Positions 40,969-54,757 of a stretch of 64,000 bases of DNA are shown here, one piece after another. Numbering within the stretch: position 1 is the first letter of the stretch; each line of letters starts with the position of its first letter. The notes beneath the pieces were generated by a model. The model saw only the letters and a list, made by a program, of their open reading frames with translations, did no database searches and was not told where the DNA came from. Both the position numbers and the translations under genes were made by a program. This DNA comes from Eledone cirrhosa (lineage: Eukaryota): positions 135,036,001 to 135,100,000 of the forward strand of contig OZ024740.1 in NCBI GenBank assembly GCA_964016885.1. Direction: 5' to 3'.

Positions 40969-41058
40969 TAATTCAACTAGCTGTGACACTCAAGAAAGCA
41001 AAATAAACATATATAGAGTGAAATTATGTTTATATTTGCTTTATATGTCTAATTTCAG

Positions 41059-41226
41059 TTGTATCATCAGTTGCATACAATCCAAGGGCCACTTGAAATT
41101 GGCATGTTCCAAGCATTAACTGAACTGAATATTAACCGTGTTCCTATTCATCTTATACAAGGGATTGCAAAGCTAAGGTTAACATTGAAACAGATTACAA
41201 TCAGTCGAAGTTTGCAGAACTTGGAG
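41059..41226 (+). CDS. STK11IP: STK11IP coding exon 3 (LYHQLHTIQGPLEIGMFQALTELNINRVPIHLIQGIAKLRLTLKQITISRSLQNLE)
   Basis: tttcAG / GAG|GTAAGG, 56 codons. Resembles human [47 protein letters not shown]. Confidence 0.92.
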
Positions 41227-41516
41227 GTAAGGAAGTCAAAATTTCCCATTTTAAAGTCCACTTTAATTTGTTTGTTTGTTTTTTCGTTGTTGTTTGTGTT
41301 TCTATTAATCCATCCTTAAGTTTCATTTATGGTGGTGGCATGTGGATTAGATTTACTTCTGTAAGCATGATTTGTAAAAAAGTGAAAACATTTAATAGTA
41401 ACTCTTCCTCCTCACTCACTATATACATAACTTATTCCCCCCCCCCCTCTCTCTCTCTCTATATATATGTAACTTACACTCTTTCCCCTCACTCACTATA
41501 TATAAGTTACTCTGGT

Positions 41517-42113
41517 ATGGATGTGTAATAGTAATATACGCAAACGGCAAAGTATAAACGAATTGAGAGAGAGACTGAGCATCAGAGGAACCAATTGCTG
41601 TGTGCAGGAGAGGAGGTTACGTTGGTATGGACATGTGATGCGTATGAAGGATGACAGCTGCATAACAGTCGATGGAAGCCGCGGAGTGGGGAAACCCAAG
41701 AAGACCTGGGATGAGGTGATAAAGGCCGACCTTACCCAATTGCACTTCTCAAGAGCAATGACACACGACCGTGACCTCTGGTTTCACGCAGTAATACAGA
41801 AGACCCGACCCCCCACAGGAACAAGCCGAAACTGAAGCATATAGACAATATGCCCCCACACCCTCCCACTGCAAAGTGGTCATAGAGGTGCCACAGCCAA
41901 AAACACCCAGCCCACACTATAAAGTGGACGTGTAGGCGCCACGGAAAATGAGATTGGTGTTAGGAAGGGCATCCAGCTGTAGAAATCAAGCCAGAATTAG
42001 TTCCTGTATGAGCAAGACAAGGTCAGTCGACTGGACACTACTCACAACAGGACAACCCGTCTAACCCATGCTAGCGTGGAAGAACGGACGTAAAACGGTG
42101 TTGATGATGATGA
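41517..42113 (+). mobile_element. RTE 3' fragment inserted in a small CT-rich tandem repeat
   Basis: WMCNSNIRKRQSINEL...RLRWYGHVMR; tail; ctctc..atatatgtaacttactct units on both sides. Confidence 0.9.
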
Positions 42114-43964
42114 CTCTTTCCTCTCTCTCAATATATGTAACTTACTCTCTTCCCTCTCTCAATATATGTAACTTACTCTCTTCCTCTCTTTATGTTAGCT
42201 AATGTCAGATAGTTTAAATATTAGTCTGTATTCTTAAAGCAAACGTTTATACAAATGTCTATCTCAATATAAACCAGTCAATCTTATGACATTACAATAA
42301 GTAGAATGTTAGTAGAAACAGGAAAAGGTTGAACTAAATGCTGTGTAGTATATACTGATTTCAGACTCTTTCTGGGATTGACTTTGACTGCCATCTGTAC
42401 TGAATCAATAAGAAAGCTACTAGTATTGTACCAATGTTGGTCTAAAAGTCTGTCTTGAGCCTTGTGGCTCATCAGGCCAGTGCTTATCCTGGTTTCCGTG
42501 GCATTAAGTGACTGAGAGTACAAGACTTACCCCTGGACAGGACGTCAGTCCACTACAAGATTATACCCCCAGATATTGCTTGTATTCATTTTCAGCTGAG
42601 TATATTGGAGCAATGTGAAATGAAGTGTTTTTCTCAAGAACACAACACACAACCCTCTCCAGGAATCAAACCCACAGCATTTTGATCATAAGCCCAGAAC
42701 CCATACCACTAGGACACACGCCTCCAATGTTGGTGCAACTAACTATAACTCCATTTTATTTCAACTACTAGCTTTATGCTGAAGTAAAAAAAACAGTGTC
42801 TTTAAGTCATATCCTGAAGAAAGTTTGGCACAGTCATGACTGTGTGGTTAAAAGTCTCCTCTACAACTATGCAATTCCATGTTCAGTCCCATTGTTTGGT
42901 ACTTTGGGCAAGTTTTTTCTACTGTAACCTCAGGTTGACTAATATTTAGTGAATAGAATTTCATGGATAGAAATTCTTCATCCACACACATATGTACAGG
43001 CATATATAGAATATCTTTTGAGTATACCTTTTTTGCAAAAGATGTAAGACTTCCTTGAGAAAGAAAAAAAAGATTGGTGATTTAAAAAAAAAATGAACTC
43101 CTTTATAATATTTGTTCTGTACCAAGTTGCAAACACTCCCATGCTACTCTTGTTATCAGAAATGTTGCGCAACAAGAGTAAAAATAAAAAGGTATAGTAT
43201 ACCTTACCCACAACACTATGCTAGCAATAAACTGTAAAGTCACCCTTTCTAGTATTTAAGTACTGTATCTTTCTAGATAACTTTCTTGCTTTTCATTACT
43301 AGAATTAAAAGGATTTAGCTTTCTTTATATAATGATTTACCATTCTGGCATTTTGACTGGTTACTTACATTCTGAACTCATTTACCACTCAGGTCAACTT
43401 TTACCTTTAATCCTTCAGGGGATGGGTTTGATGAATAAGGTACATGTCTAGGACAGTGGGCTGGTGGAGATGTTAGGGTGTCAGATAGGGTGATACTTCT
43501 TCCAGCTCTTTATATTGTAAATTCAAATACCACTGTGTTTCAACTGGGTGGTAGACTTAATCCACCACCCATTTTAACACCACTACCTGACCTTTAGGTA
43601 CCTTAAGTCGGGCCCAATCTGTTGCAAGCATGTAGGCCAGATCTCTGGTTTGATGATACCTTCCTCTTTCAACTCCATCCCACAAGTTTCCAAAAGCATT
43701 AAAAATAGGTCATAGTTTCTGCCCTTCCTTCCCTGACTAAGAGGTAAAACAAAGATACCAGTAGTAAATGGAAATTCTTGATAGTCCTCCTTAAACAATA
43801 AGCTTAGATATTGATTAAGAGCTACTTGTTAAAGATATGAAATATTTTGATGTTGTTACTTCCTTTGTATTTAAATTTAAAAATATTTAAACATTAACTT
43901 TACTACACAATTCCATATAACTTTTATATTTGTGTCTTATTTCTTAAATCTTCTCTCTTTTCAG

Positions 43965-44072
43965 TCTCTGTTTGAATTATGTGGAGGTGATAGAAGTGAG
44001 CCCTCAGCTTGGCATCAACTAGTTTATGCGAATCTTAGTCAGAATAGTATCCAAACCTTGGATTCATCTTTG
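43965..44072 (+). CDS. STK11IP: STK11IP coding exon 4 (SLFELCGGDRSEPSAWHQLVYANLSQNSIQTLDSSL)
   Basis: ctcttttcAG / TTG|GTATTT, 36 codons. Carries the CGGD...W..L..AN.S.N....LDSSL signature. Confidence 0.93.
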
Positions 44073-45038
44073 GTATTTTCACATTTATTTACTTGTTTAC
44101 CATTATTATTTTGTAAAGGCATGTTGCTTGGTAGTTAAGGTGTTTGACTCACAATCATAAGTTCATGAGTTCAATTCCCAAACTTAGTAGAGCATTATGT
44201 CTATGAGTAAGATGATTTATTTCACATTGCACCAGTCTACTCAGCTGGCAAAAAAGAGTCGTACCTGTTATTCAAAGGGTCAGATTTGTTACATAGTGTC
44301 ATACTGAACTTCTCTAAGAACTACAATAAGGGTGCACATGTCTGTGGAATGCTCAAACACTTACATGTTGATTATTCAAGCAAGCAGTTCAGTTGATTGA
44401 ATCAACTGGAGCACTTGCCATTAGAAATGATTGAGGTTCAACTGCAACAATCTTTATTTTACTTTTTATTAAAGGTTGTTCACACTTATTATCATCATCA
44501 TTATCATTTAACATCCACTTTTTCATGCTGACCTAAAAAGGTATAGGCATGGCTGTATGATTTGGAGTCCAGTCCCACTACATGACCCCTTGGATAAATG
44601 TTTTTCACTATAGTTCCTGGTCAATCAATGCCTTGTGAGAGAATTTGATTGTGAAAAACTATAAGGAAGCTTGTTGTCTGTCTGTCTGTAAGTATGCATG
44701 CCAGTCATATTGACACTGTTTATAAATATTGCTGTGATTATTGTTTATCTCTCCATAAACATATCATTTTGACAAATGTCAGTGGCATATATCATTCTTA
44801 GAATAAGGTATGGATTGGTTTCAGGAAGAGCATCTTGTTGTAGAAAACTTACTACAAAAGAATCTCATTCAAGCATGGAAAAAAAATAAAATTTATGATG
44901 ATGATAATAGAAAAGAATACAGTACTGAACACATTTTTTTTTACTTTAATCATTTGTAACCATTTTCAATATTTACTTATAACTTATACTTTCCATATTA
45001 TGAGCTCTAAAATGAATCCTATGAACTCTTAATTTCAG

Positions 45039-45110
45039 AGGTTGTTGCCAGTGCTGAAATATTTGGATCTGAGTCACAACAACATTCAGAATCCCGAGAG
45101 ACATTTAGAG
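45039..45110 (+). CDS. STK11IP: STK11IP coding exon 5, one LRR (RLLPVLKYLDLSHNNIQNPERHLE)
   Basis: tttcAG / GAG|GTAAAT, 72-nt exon with LxxLxLxxN. Confidence 0.92.
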
Positions 45111-46337
45111 GTAAATATTTGTCCTCCTTGCTATTTATAAACAATCAAAAACATATTGGGTCATATATTACACACAGCTATAGTGTGTAATGTGCTTGGC
45201 TTGCCTTAAACATTTTTAGAAGGCTTTAATCAAGTATGTTGAACTGAAATGAAAAATGTATAGCATTGTTCCAGTTTATTGAGTTAACTGCAACTATAAA
45301 AGATTAAAGTGGGCTTTAAACAATATGATGGGAGTCATAAATAGTGTGTGTACATTTATTTTGATATATATATAAATACACACATACATAAATGAAACAA
45401 TGGAAAATGTAAATAATTGTTTATAGAGAAAATAAAAAAGTTAATATTAATAGCTTAGAATGTACAAAGGTGATGGTAGTATTCATATAGTAACACTGAT
45501 GTAGAAATATTCACTTTGAATTTTTTTTAAATTACAAGTGAAGATGTATTGTGTGGGGGATAAGAGCAAAATCTGAAATTTGACAGAATATTTTGGTAAC
45601 ATGTATGAGTGATGAGATACTACAGAGTATAAAGTAATATGAACAATGGTGTTATTCTAATTGGAATCAGTATAGAGTTGTCATATTTTATTTCACAATG
45701 TTGAGGCTAGATGGTTTTGGGGGATATTAACACAAGATGTTAAAAAAATAATAGGTATCATTATAGTATTTATGTATGTTTTTATCTTAAAGATAGTATT
45801 GCTGTATTATTTGGAATGATGGATCAGCATTAGACAAAATACATTGCTAGTATTTAGTTACATCCCTTTATGTTCTGAGTTCAAATCCTGCTGAGGTCAA
45901 CTTTGCCTTTCATCCTTTTGGGCTTGATACCAGTCAAATACTCATGTCAATATAATAAATTTTATCCTCTCCTAAAATATTGGCCTCATACTGATATTTA
46001 AAATCAATATTTTGATACAAAACTTAAAAAAATATACAAGGAAGATGAGTCAATACTATTTAATGATGTTCTATTTGTCTAGATTCAACACCAATTTCAA
46101 CTATAGTTAGTGAATTCAAATCAGTATATTACTGGTATTTACTTGATCATTTCTAGATGGTGTGTGAAGGTGGGGTGGGGTGTAAAGTGGACGCTAGTGG
46201 GGCTGGAGAACTTGGAGAAACAAAATTATATAATTGCAAGGATTTTAGCCTAAAAGCTTATTGTTTCCGTGAGTGTGTCACCTTAATCTTCCTGAATGAT
46301 AGTCAAAGTCTTTTTTCTTTTTAGTTAAAATTATTTT

Positions 46338-46681
46338 AAGAAATTCAATACAATGTAAGTTAGAAATAAAGGAGTGAAAACAGGAGTGAAATATAAGACA
46401 AAACAAAACAAAAGTTTACATACTTTTACTTAATGTTTCCTGATAAATTGGAGTTAAGAACCCTTTTTCAAAGTAAAAAGGGAATCAAGTGTGATGGTGG
46501 TGGTCAGCAAAAGAGTTCAACTTGCCCCCACCATCACACTCCACTCCCTTTTTTCTTTGGAAAAGGGTTCTTAACTCCAAAATATAATGAAATATAAGGT
46601 AAAAGTGTAAACTGTTGTTTTGTCTTACTTTGCTCCTGTTTTCATTTCTTTATTTCTAACTTGTATTGTATTGGTTTCTTT
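46338..46681. repeat. Imperfect fold-back of ~345 bp
   Basis: TTGGAGTTAAGAACCCTTTT / AAAAGGGTTCTTAACTCCAA, AGTGTGATGGTGG / CCACCATCACACT, AAGTTAGAAATAAAG / CTTTATTTCTAACTT. Confidence 0.9.
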
Positions 46682-47023
46682 CCTAAAATTACTTTAACCC
46701 TTTAGCATTTAAACTGGCCATATCCGACCAGAATTCTCTCATCTCTTTCTGTTCAAACCAGCTGTAATCGGCTGCTCATACTGATGTTAAGGTATTCTCA
46801 ACATAAATATCAAAATCTCGTAGATTCGATATTATGTGAGGTAAAGCATTTACCATAAAAATACAATAGTAAATATAGAGTATTCATCATCATCATCTTC
46901 GTTTAATGTCCACTTTCCACGCTAGCATGGGTTAGACATGGGTTATTGTAAATGCTAAAGATTTAACTACATATCTCATATGAACTATACTACTCTGTTT
47001 TTCTTTTAATTATTTTCTTTCAG

Positions 47024-47153
47024 AATCTGTTACATATTGAACAACTAAACCTAGCCTTCAACCATCTGACAACACTTCCTTCATTGTCTACTCATACAAA
47101 ATCCTCAATCAAAACTCTTATTCTTAGAAACAATGATTTAACTGATTTGAATG
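47024..47153 (+). CDS. STK11IP: STK11IP coding exon 6, two LRRs (NLLHIEQLNLAFNHLTTLPSLSTHTKSSIKTLILRNNDLTDLN-G); gene continues past the window
   Basis: ttttctttcAG / G|GTAAGA, 43 codons + 1 nt. Resembles human LHHLDISYNRL...LILRGNELRSLHG. Confidence 0.92.
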
Positions 47154-47380
47154 GTAAGATATCAAATTATCATATTTTTCTTCTCAATTTTGCATCATAA
47201 TTAAGATTCCTCCTCCTCATCATCATCATTGTTGTTATTAACCCTTGTTAACAGGGAAAGTACTGTTGGTTCACCCAAGTGAGCACTCGATTCGTAGTTT
47301 CCAGTCTGTAAAGAGGTGTAGAGCTAAACAGAGTAAATATAATAATAAAAGGACGATTTGTTATGTCTTCACTACCACAA

Positions 47381-47473
47381 CAGAGGTCTGATGAGCTTTT
47401 GATACCCGAGTTGGGCTAGATTGATACAGATCGAACCTTGAGCTGATCAATAGCGAAACGCGCGTTACTACTG
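47381..47473 (+). ncRNA. Type-I hammerhead with 60-nt stem II inside a larger inverted repeat (47346-47510)
   Basis: CAGAGGU-CUGAUGA-GCUuUUGAU..AUCAAuAGC-GAAACGCGCGUU-ACUACUG. Confidence 0.75.
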
Positions 47474-47511
47474 AATAAACATAATGAAGACATAACAAAT
47501 CATTCTTTTAT

Positions 47512-48227
47512 CATTCATCATCATCATCATCGTTTAACGTCCATCTTCCACGCTAGCATGGGTTAGACGGGAATTGTTCCACTTGAGGCAAGATTGGTCG
47601 GGTGACCGTGTCTCACTCGTATAGGACTATCTGGCAGGTTTTCCACGGCTGGATGCCCTTCCTAACACAAACCACATTTACAGTGTGGACTAGGAGCTTT
47701 TTACCGTGTTACCTACATGGCCACATTACAGCGTGGACAGTGTATTTTTTTGTCGTGACACCTACACAACCTCATTTATTTAGGACTGGATTTTGTGGTA
47801 CCAACATAACTTTACAGAGAAAGGGTGGTGTTGGTGGGAGTAGGAGTAGTGGGTTGGGGTGTATATTTGCTTAAGAGGTGCCTACTGACTGTAGGTTTCA
47901 CTTTGTACATAGACAAGGTGGGTCTTCTGTATTACTGCGTGGCGCCAAAGATCTCAGTCCAGTGACATTGTCTTAGAGAGGTGCAAGTATGTAAGGTCGG
48001 AATTTATCAAATCGTACCAGGTTTTTCTGGGTCTACCTACTCCGTAACTTCCATCAATTTTGATTGCCCTACACTTTTTTATACAGCTGTCATCTTTCAT
48101 GCGTATCACGTGACCATACCAACGTAGTCTTCTCTCATGTAAACAGCATCTGATCCCTCTTATTCCTAATTTCTCACTTAGTTCATTTATGTTTTGTCGT
48201 TCACGTATATTACTATTACACATCCAT
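47512..48227 (-). mobile_element. RTE 3' fragment
   Basis: WMCNSNIRERQNINEL...GRPRKTW plus 3'UTR. Confidence 0.9.
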
Positions 48228-48228
48228 A

Positions 48229-48743
48229 TAAATATGAGTGGAACAGCAACATCACAACTTACAATTAAGGACAAAATGAAAACACACACACACATAGAAC
48301 AAACAACCAACCAACAACATGTAAATAAATAAATAAACAAATAGATAAATGAACACAAACACACACAGACACCCGGATGTGGCGCATGCGCAAACTGAGC
48401 ACACAACACACACACAGAAACAAAATGGCGTAGGACAGAAGAAAGGAAAGGCACAGAAACAAAGAAAGGAATCCCCAGTCACTGAAGAGGTCACAGAGTG
48501 TGTGACGAAAGGACTATGACTATATATAAACAACTATCTGGTTGTGGAACCAACCAACCAACCAGAAATTTATAAGTTTGTAGATTTGTAAATTTATAAA
48601 TTTATAAATATATAATAAATTGAAGTGAAAGCAACTGGTGCGTGTGTTTCTTATTGGCAACATGACCCTCCCAAAGTATAACAATATCGGTTTCAACACA
48701 CGATTTCAGATAAAGAATCTTGCTAAACAAATTCAGAAACGAA
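48229..48743 (+). mobile_element. Solo 3' end / pLTR of the same PLE family as 61687
   Basis: Near-identical to 62459-62960. Confidence 0.92.
48477..48521 (+). ncRNA. Minimal hammerhead in Neptune/Nematis-like pLTR (second copy at 62699-62741 has core CUGAAGU)
   Basis: AGUCA-CUGAAGAg-GUCACA..UGUGAC-GAAAG-ga-CUA-UGACU. Confidence 0.78.
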
Positions 48744-48783
<40 letters not shown>

Positions 48784-49019
48784 GTGTATATATGTATATA
48801 TATATGTGTATATATGTATATATATATGTGTATATATGTATATATATATATGTGTATATATGTATATATATATATGTGTATATATGTATATATATATATG
48901 TGTATATATGTATATATATATATGTGTATATATGTATATATATGTGTGTATATGTATATATATATATATATGTGTATATATGTATATATATATATGTGTG
49001 TGTATATATGTATATATAT

Positions 49020-51582
49020 TATCATCATCATCATCATCACCGTTTTACGTCCGTTCTTCCACGCTAGCATGGGTTAGACGGGTTGTCCTGTTGTGGGCAG
49101 TGTCTGGTTGGCTGACCATGCCTTGCTCATACAGGAACTGATTTGGCTTGATTTCTACAGCTGGATGCCCTTCCTAACACCAACCTCATTTACAGTGAGT
49201 GCTGGGTGCTTTTTCGTGGCGCCTACACGTCCACTTTACAGTGTGGGCTGGGTGCTTTTTTGCCGTGGCACCTCCACGACCACCTTGCAGTGGGGCTGTG
49301 GAGGCATATTGTCTATATACTTCAGCTTGTACCCATCGGAGGTCGGGTACTCTGTATTACTGCGTGACGCCAGAGGTCATGGTCGTGTGTCATTGCCTTT
49401 GAGAGGTGTAATTGGGTAAGGTCGGCTTTTATCACCTCATCCCAGGTCATCTTGGGTCTCCCCACTCCGCGGTTTCCATCAACTTCTAGTGCTCTGCACC
49501 TTTTTATGCAGCTGTCATCCTTCATACGCATCACATGTACATACCAGCGCAACCGCCTCTCCTGCACGCAGCATTTGATTCCTCTTATGCTCAGTCTCTC
49601 TCTCAATTGATTTATGCTTTGTCGTTCACGTATATTACTGTTACACATCCATCGGAGCATGTAGGCTTCGTTTCTCTCTAATCTACGTAAGACTTCCACC
49701 TTCAGCGCCCAGGTCTCACTACCATGCAACATTGCTGTTCGGATACACGCATCATACAGTCTGCCTTTCATTCTGATGGAGAAGCCTTTATGCAGCTAGA
49801 AGTGGTAGTAGTTCCCTAAACTTCTTCCATCCCGTTCTTACCCTAGTTATTGTACTTTCTGAACACCCACCTCCGCTGCTAATTCGGTCACCTAGGTAGC
49901 AGAAGCTGTCTACTGTTTCTACAGAGCCCTCCCAGAGATTGGTGTGGCTGTTTGCTGCTTGCTGTCTCAGCATAGCTGCTGCATGTGAAGCCTACATTCT
50001 TAATTAAGCTTCCTGAGATCCCGCTACTTCTCTTGTGTACCCATTGTTTGCATTTGGGGCAGAGAATGGAGTTCCTACCTACACCTCTCCTACATACTGA
50101 GCAAGGCCATTTCCCTGAGGGGATCTGGGTTCTGGTTTCTCGTCTACTTACAAGGACCTTAGTCTTTGTCATGTTGACTTTGAGACCCTTTCCTTCTAGT
50201 CCCTGCTTCCAAGTTTGGAATTTATTCTCTAGTTCTACCATAGATTCAGCTATGAGTGCGAGGTCATCAGCATACAGGAGTTTCCATGGGCATCCGGTCT
50301 TATACTCCTCCGTTATTGCCTGCAGGACTATGATGAACAGGAGGGGGCTAAGAACAGAGCCTTGGTGGACCCCAACCTGTACGCTAAATTCCTCGCTATA
50401 CTCATTGCTAATCCTAACATTGCTGACTGCTCCCCTATACATGGCTTGTACCGCTTTCACAAGCCATTCATCTACTCCTAGTTTTCTAAGAGCCCACCAG
50501 ATTACAGCACGTGGAACTCTGTCAAAGGCTTTCTCAAGATCGACGAATGCCAGGTAGAGTGGCTTACTTTTAGCTAGGTACTTTTCCTGTAACTGCCTCA
50601 CAAGGAAGAGAGCATCAGTGGTGCCTCTTCCTGGTACAAACCCAAATTGCATCTCATCTAGTTTCACCCGGTCCCTAATCAACTGTGCTATAACTCTTTC
50701 TGTTACTTTCATGACCTGGTCCATCAGCTTTATACCTCTATAGTTTCCTCTATCTAATGCATCACCTTTACCTTTGTAGCAGTTGACAATGATGCTACTG
50801 CACCAATCTTTTGGTATGACACCTTCTAGTATTACCTGGTTAACAATACGTGTGGTTATAGTGTGACCTACAGACCCAGATGCCTTCAGCAGCTATACCC
50901 GATGGACCGGTTGCCTTCCCCATCTTCATATCTTTGATTGCCTTACTTACTACGCTGCTGCTGACTTGTACTGCTGGCCCCTCTATAGGGTCTACTTGGG
51001 GTAGGGTCTCTTCTTCCCATGCATTCTCCTCATTTAGTAATCTATCATAATGACTCTTCCATGCATCTTTCTTCTCAGCACTTGTGAGGGCAAGCTCACC
51101 TTTATCATTCCGGATTCACTTCTCTCCAATGACATCACAATTCTCTCTGACACACTGCCTCGCAATCTTGAGCACCTCCTGTTTCTGGTCCTCGCGTTGC
51201 AAAACATGCTTGAATTTTATATCCTCTGCTTCCCTCCTAGCTAAGTATACTTGTTGCCTAGCTTCCCTCTTGGTCTCTATGTAATGTACCCTGCTCCCCC
51301 CGTTCTTCCATTCTTTCCATGCCTGTCTCTTGGCCTTAACTGCCTCATCTACCTTATTGTTCCACCACCAAGTCACTCTCCTCCTGCTTATGGTCTTACT
51401 CCAGCCACAGACGTCATCCGTCGCCTCTAGTAAGTTATTTTTTAGGAACTCCCAGTGTTCTTCTACATTTAATGTCTATATTTGTTCTTCTTTACTGTCA
51501 TAGGCGTTGAGTAAAATATCTTTAAATCTGTTACTGGTTGAGGGGTCTTTCAGCTTCCAGATCTTTCTTCTCCAGGTTGGCC
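49020..51582 (-). mobile_element. RTE LINE, sister subfamily, 5'-truncated and degenerate
   Basis: Minus-strand ORFs with YADD, QGSVLSP, PHD cysteines, RLRWY; (CAT)n tail at the left end. Confidence 0.95.
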
Positions 51583-51611
<29 letters not shown>

Positions 51612-51613
<2 letters not shown>

Positions 51614-52300
51614 CATCATCATCATCATCATCAACGTTTAACGTCCGTGTTCCACGCTTGCATGGGTTTGGACGGGGGTAGTCCCACTTGAGGCAAGAGT
51701 GATTGTCTTGCTCGCATAGGACTGTCTGGCAGGTTTTCTACAGTTGGATGCCCTTCCTAACACCAACCACATTTACAGTGTGGGTCTGGGAGGTTTTTAC
51801 CGTGTTGCCTACACGGCCACATTACAGCGTGGACTGTGTGTTTTTTTGTCGTGACACCTACACGATCTCATTTGTTTCGGCCCGGATGGCGCGGCACCAA
51901 CATAACTTTACATAGAACGGGGTGGTGTGGATGGGGTGGGGGTGGTGGTGGTGGGACGGGGTGTATTTTGTTAGAGATGCCTACTGGCAAGGCGGGTCTT
52001 CTCTGTTACTGAGTACCGCCAAAGGTCTCGGTCCAGTGACATTGTCTTGGAGAGGTGTAAGTGTGTGAGGTCGGAGTTTATCAGCTCGTCCCAGGTTTTT
52101 CTAGGTCTGCCTATTCCGTGGCTACCGTCTATCTTTATTGCCCTGCACTTTGTTATACAGCTATCGACTTTCATGCGCATCACGTGTCCATACCAACGTA
52201 GCCTTCTCTCGAGTAAACAACATCTGATCCCTCTTATCTCTAATTTTTTCCTTAGTTCCTTAGTTCGTTTATGCTTTGCCGTTCACGTATATTACTGTTA
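51612..52300 (-). mobile_element. RTE 3' fragment, almost identical to 14730-15410
   Basis: Same C-terminal peptide (MRMKVDSCITKCRAIKIDGSHGIG...RLASRHL) and same 3'UTR. Confidence 0.95.
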
Positions 52301-52326
52301 CATATATATATATATATATGTGTGTG

Positions 52327-52357
<31 letters not shown>

Positions 52358-52410
52358 GTGTGTATATATATATATGTGAAAATTGCAAACTTGACTGTCA
52401 CCACATATTA

Positions 52411-52449
52411 TGAACCTGAAGATTGCGAAAGCATGAAAGTACTTGTTCA
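52411..52449 (+). ncRNA. Minimal type-I hammerhead
   Basis: UGAAC-CUGAAGA-uUGC(GAAA)GCAu-GAA-AGUACU-U-GUUCA; GNRA-capped stem II, palindromic stem III. Confidence 0.82.
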
Positions 52450-52671
52450 ATTAACACTTAGAATTTAATATTCTATCATACTATTTCATTATAATACCAT
52501 TATATATTTTAAAGGATTGTAAATAAAACGAGTAAATCAGACAAAGTTGGAATTCCTCTTATTAATATAATCTTCTATACACAATCATACACACCCGTGT
52601 ATATTTACCTATCTATCTATATATATATATATATGTGTGTATATATATATATGTGTATACATATATATATA

Positions 52672-52715
<44 letters not shown>

Positions 52716-52724
52716 CACATATAT

Positions 52725-52763
<39 letters not shown>

Positions 52764-54639
52764 GATAAATCTACCAAGAGTTTACGGTAGTGTCCAATCC
52801 GTATGAAGAACTCAATGTAATCCGGATATCATGGAAAGAAGAGATGCAATGAAAAATCACTTTCGGTGAAAGATAAACGGAATACAGAGTCAAGATAATA
52901 TTGCTAAAAAATTTTTTTATATCCTAGAGAAAAACTTCCCGCCAAACCACAAATACCATCAAATCTTAAATAGGTCTACAGTTAAATTCTCATACTCAAC
53001 AACAAATAACATGAAACAAAATATAAGTGCCTATAATGCATATAAATGTAAGAAAACCATAAGTATACCACCAATACATCAAACTAACCATAATATCTCC
53101 TCAAATACAGAATTAACGAAAGGTTGTAACTGTAGAAACAAAGCAAACTGCCCATTAAAAGGAAATTGTCTTGTTAACAACATAGTTTATAAATGTAATG
53201 TTAAAACTAAAGATTCTATTTGCTCATATATAGGAGCTACTTCTAACAATTTTAAGACAAGGTTTAATACCCACAAACATAGTTTTAAAAATGCCGCACT
53301 AGCTAATACAACATCTCTAGCAGAAAAAATCAATAGTTATAAAAATAAGAATATAGAATATGATTTGACCTGGAGTGTGCTCAAAAGAGCCACCCCTTAT
53401 CAAAATAATAGAAATGAATGTAGATTATGTTCCCAAGAACTATTTGAAATAATGAAATCTAAGGATATCCTATTAAATAAACGACAGGAATTAATTATAT
53501 CGTGTAATCATAAACTAAAAAAAACATTTAAATATTATAAACCTAATTAATAACATTATTTTAGAAATTAATATATAATTTAATTTAAATGTTAGTTAAC
53601 CTATAAATTTAATTTAATTAAAATTCTACTACAGTTGAGAATATAAAATATTGTGTAATCATAAATTGTGAAAAACCTTTAAATATTACTAATATATACT
53701 TAGTAATTTAATTTATAGATTAATTTTAATTTATTTAACCCTTTATTAAAATTCCTTTACAGATAAAATATAACAAAATATCGTGTATTCAATGACAGAG
53801 AAATAATTTTTAGTATTATAGACCTAATTAATATACATTTTAGAAATATATTTATAATTTGGTTTTAAATTTGGTCAACCTAAAAATTTAATTTAATTGG
53901 CTTAAAATTAGTATCCTAATACAGACGGATTGCAGAGTGTCATGTAATCATAGAATGGGATGGGTTTTGGATGTATACCTAGTTAATATATTCTTTGCAA
54001 TTTTTGAAAAAATATGTATATGTATGTATATATGTGTATGTGTATGTATGTATATATATGTGTATATATATATGTATGTATATGTATATGTGTATGTATT
54101 AATTTTAATTTCTGTTTACATATAATTATATTCTACTATTGATAAAATACAATATCTGTTTTATTTATTATATACCTAATTAACATATACTATAGAAATT
54201 AATATATAATTTTTAATTTAGTTAACCTATAATTTATATTCTACTACCGATGTAATACTTTATTTGTTTTTTTCCCTATTACTAAATTCATTTCCTAATA
54301 TTGATACCATAACGTTAATAATTTTAATTTAGTTATACTATAATTAATACTCTACTACTATTTAACTTCAAAATTCTGCTTCAAATATTATAAACCTAAG
54401 TAATTTACACCTTAGAAATCAATATATTAACTATCTTTAGTTTAGTTAACCTATAATTAATGGTATACTTATATTGAAATGCATAATTTTGCCTTCTTTC
54501 TTGCATTTCCTAATACTGAAACTATGTAAACACATATTGAGATCCAAATACAGATTAATATTCTATGTTTCTTGAAACATATATTTACTATAATCCCCCC
54601 CCCCCCCCCTTTCCCCCCTACTATTATTATTTGTATTTG

Positions 54640-54757
54640 TAAGCGTGTATGTATGTATGTATATGTAGGTAGGTGTATATATGTTTGGGTGTTTATTTGT
54701 AAGTATAAAAATACATATATGCGCATGCAAATAAGGGTGTATGATTGTGTGTATATA

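Noticed and set aside
46438-46600. Hammerhead inside the 46.3-kb fold-back (CTGATAA...GAAATATA)
   Set aside because: The core is incomplete and stems I and III cannot be drawn convincingly.
41059-47153. Nischarin as identity of the LRR gene
   Set aside because: No PX domain exon; the N-terminus and CGGD..W..LDSSL motif fit STK11IP.
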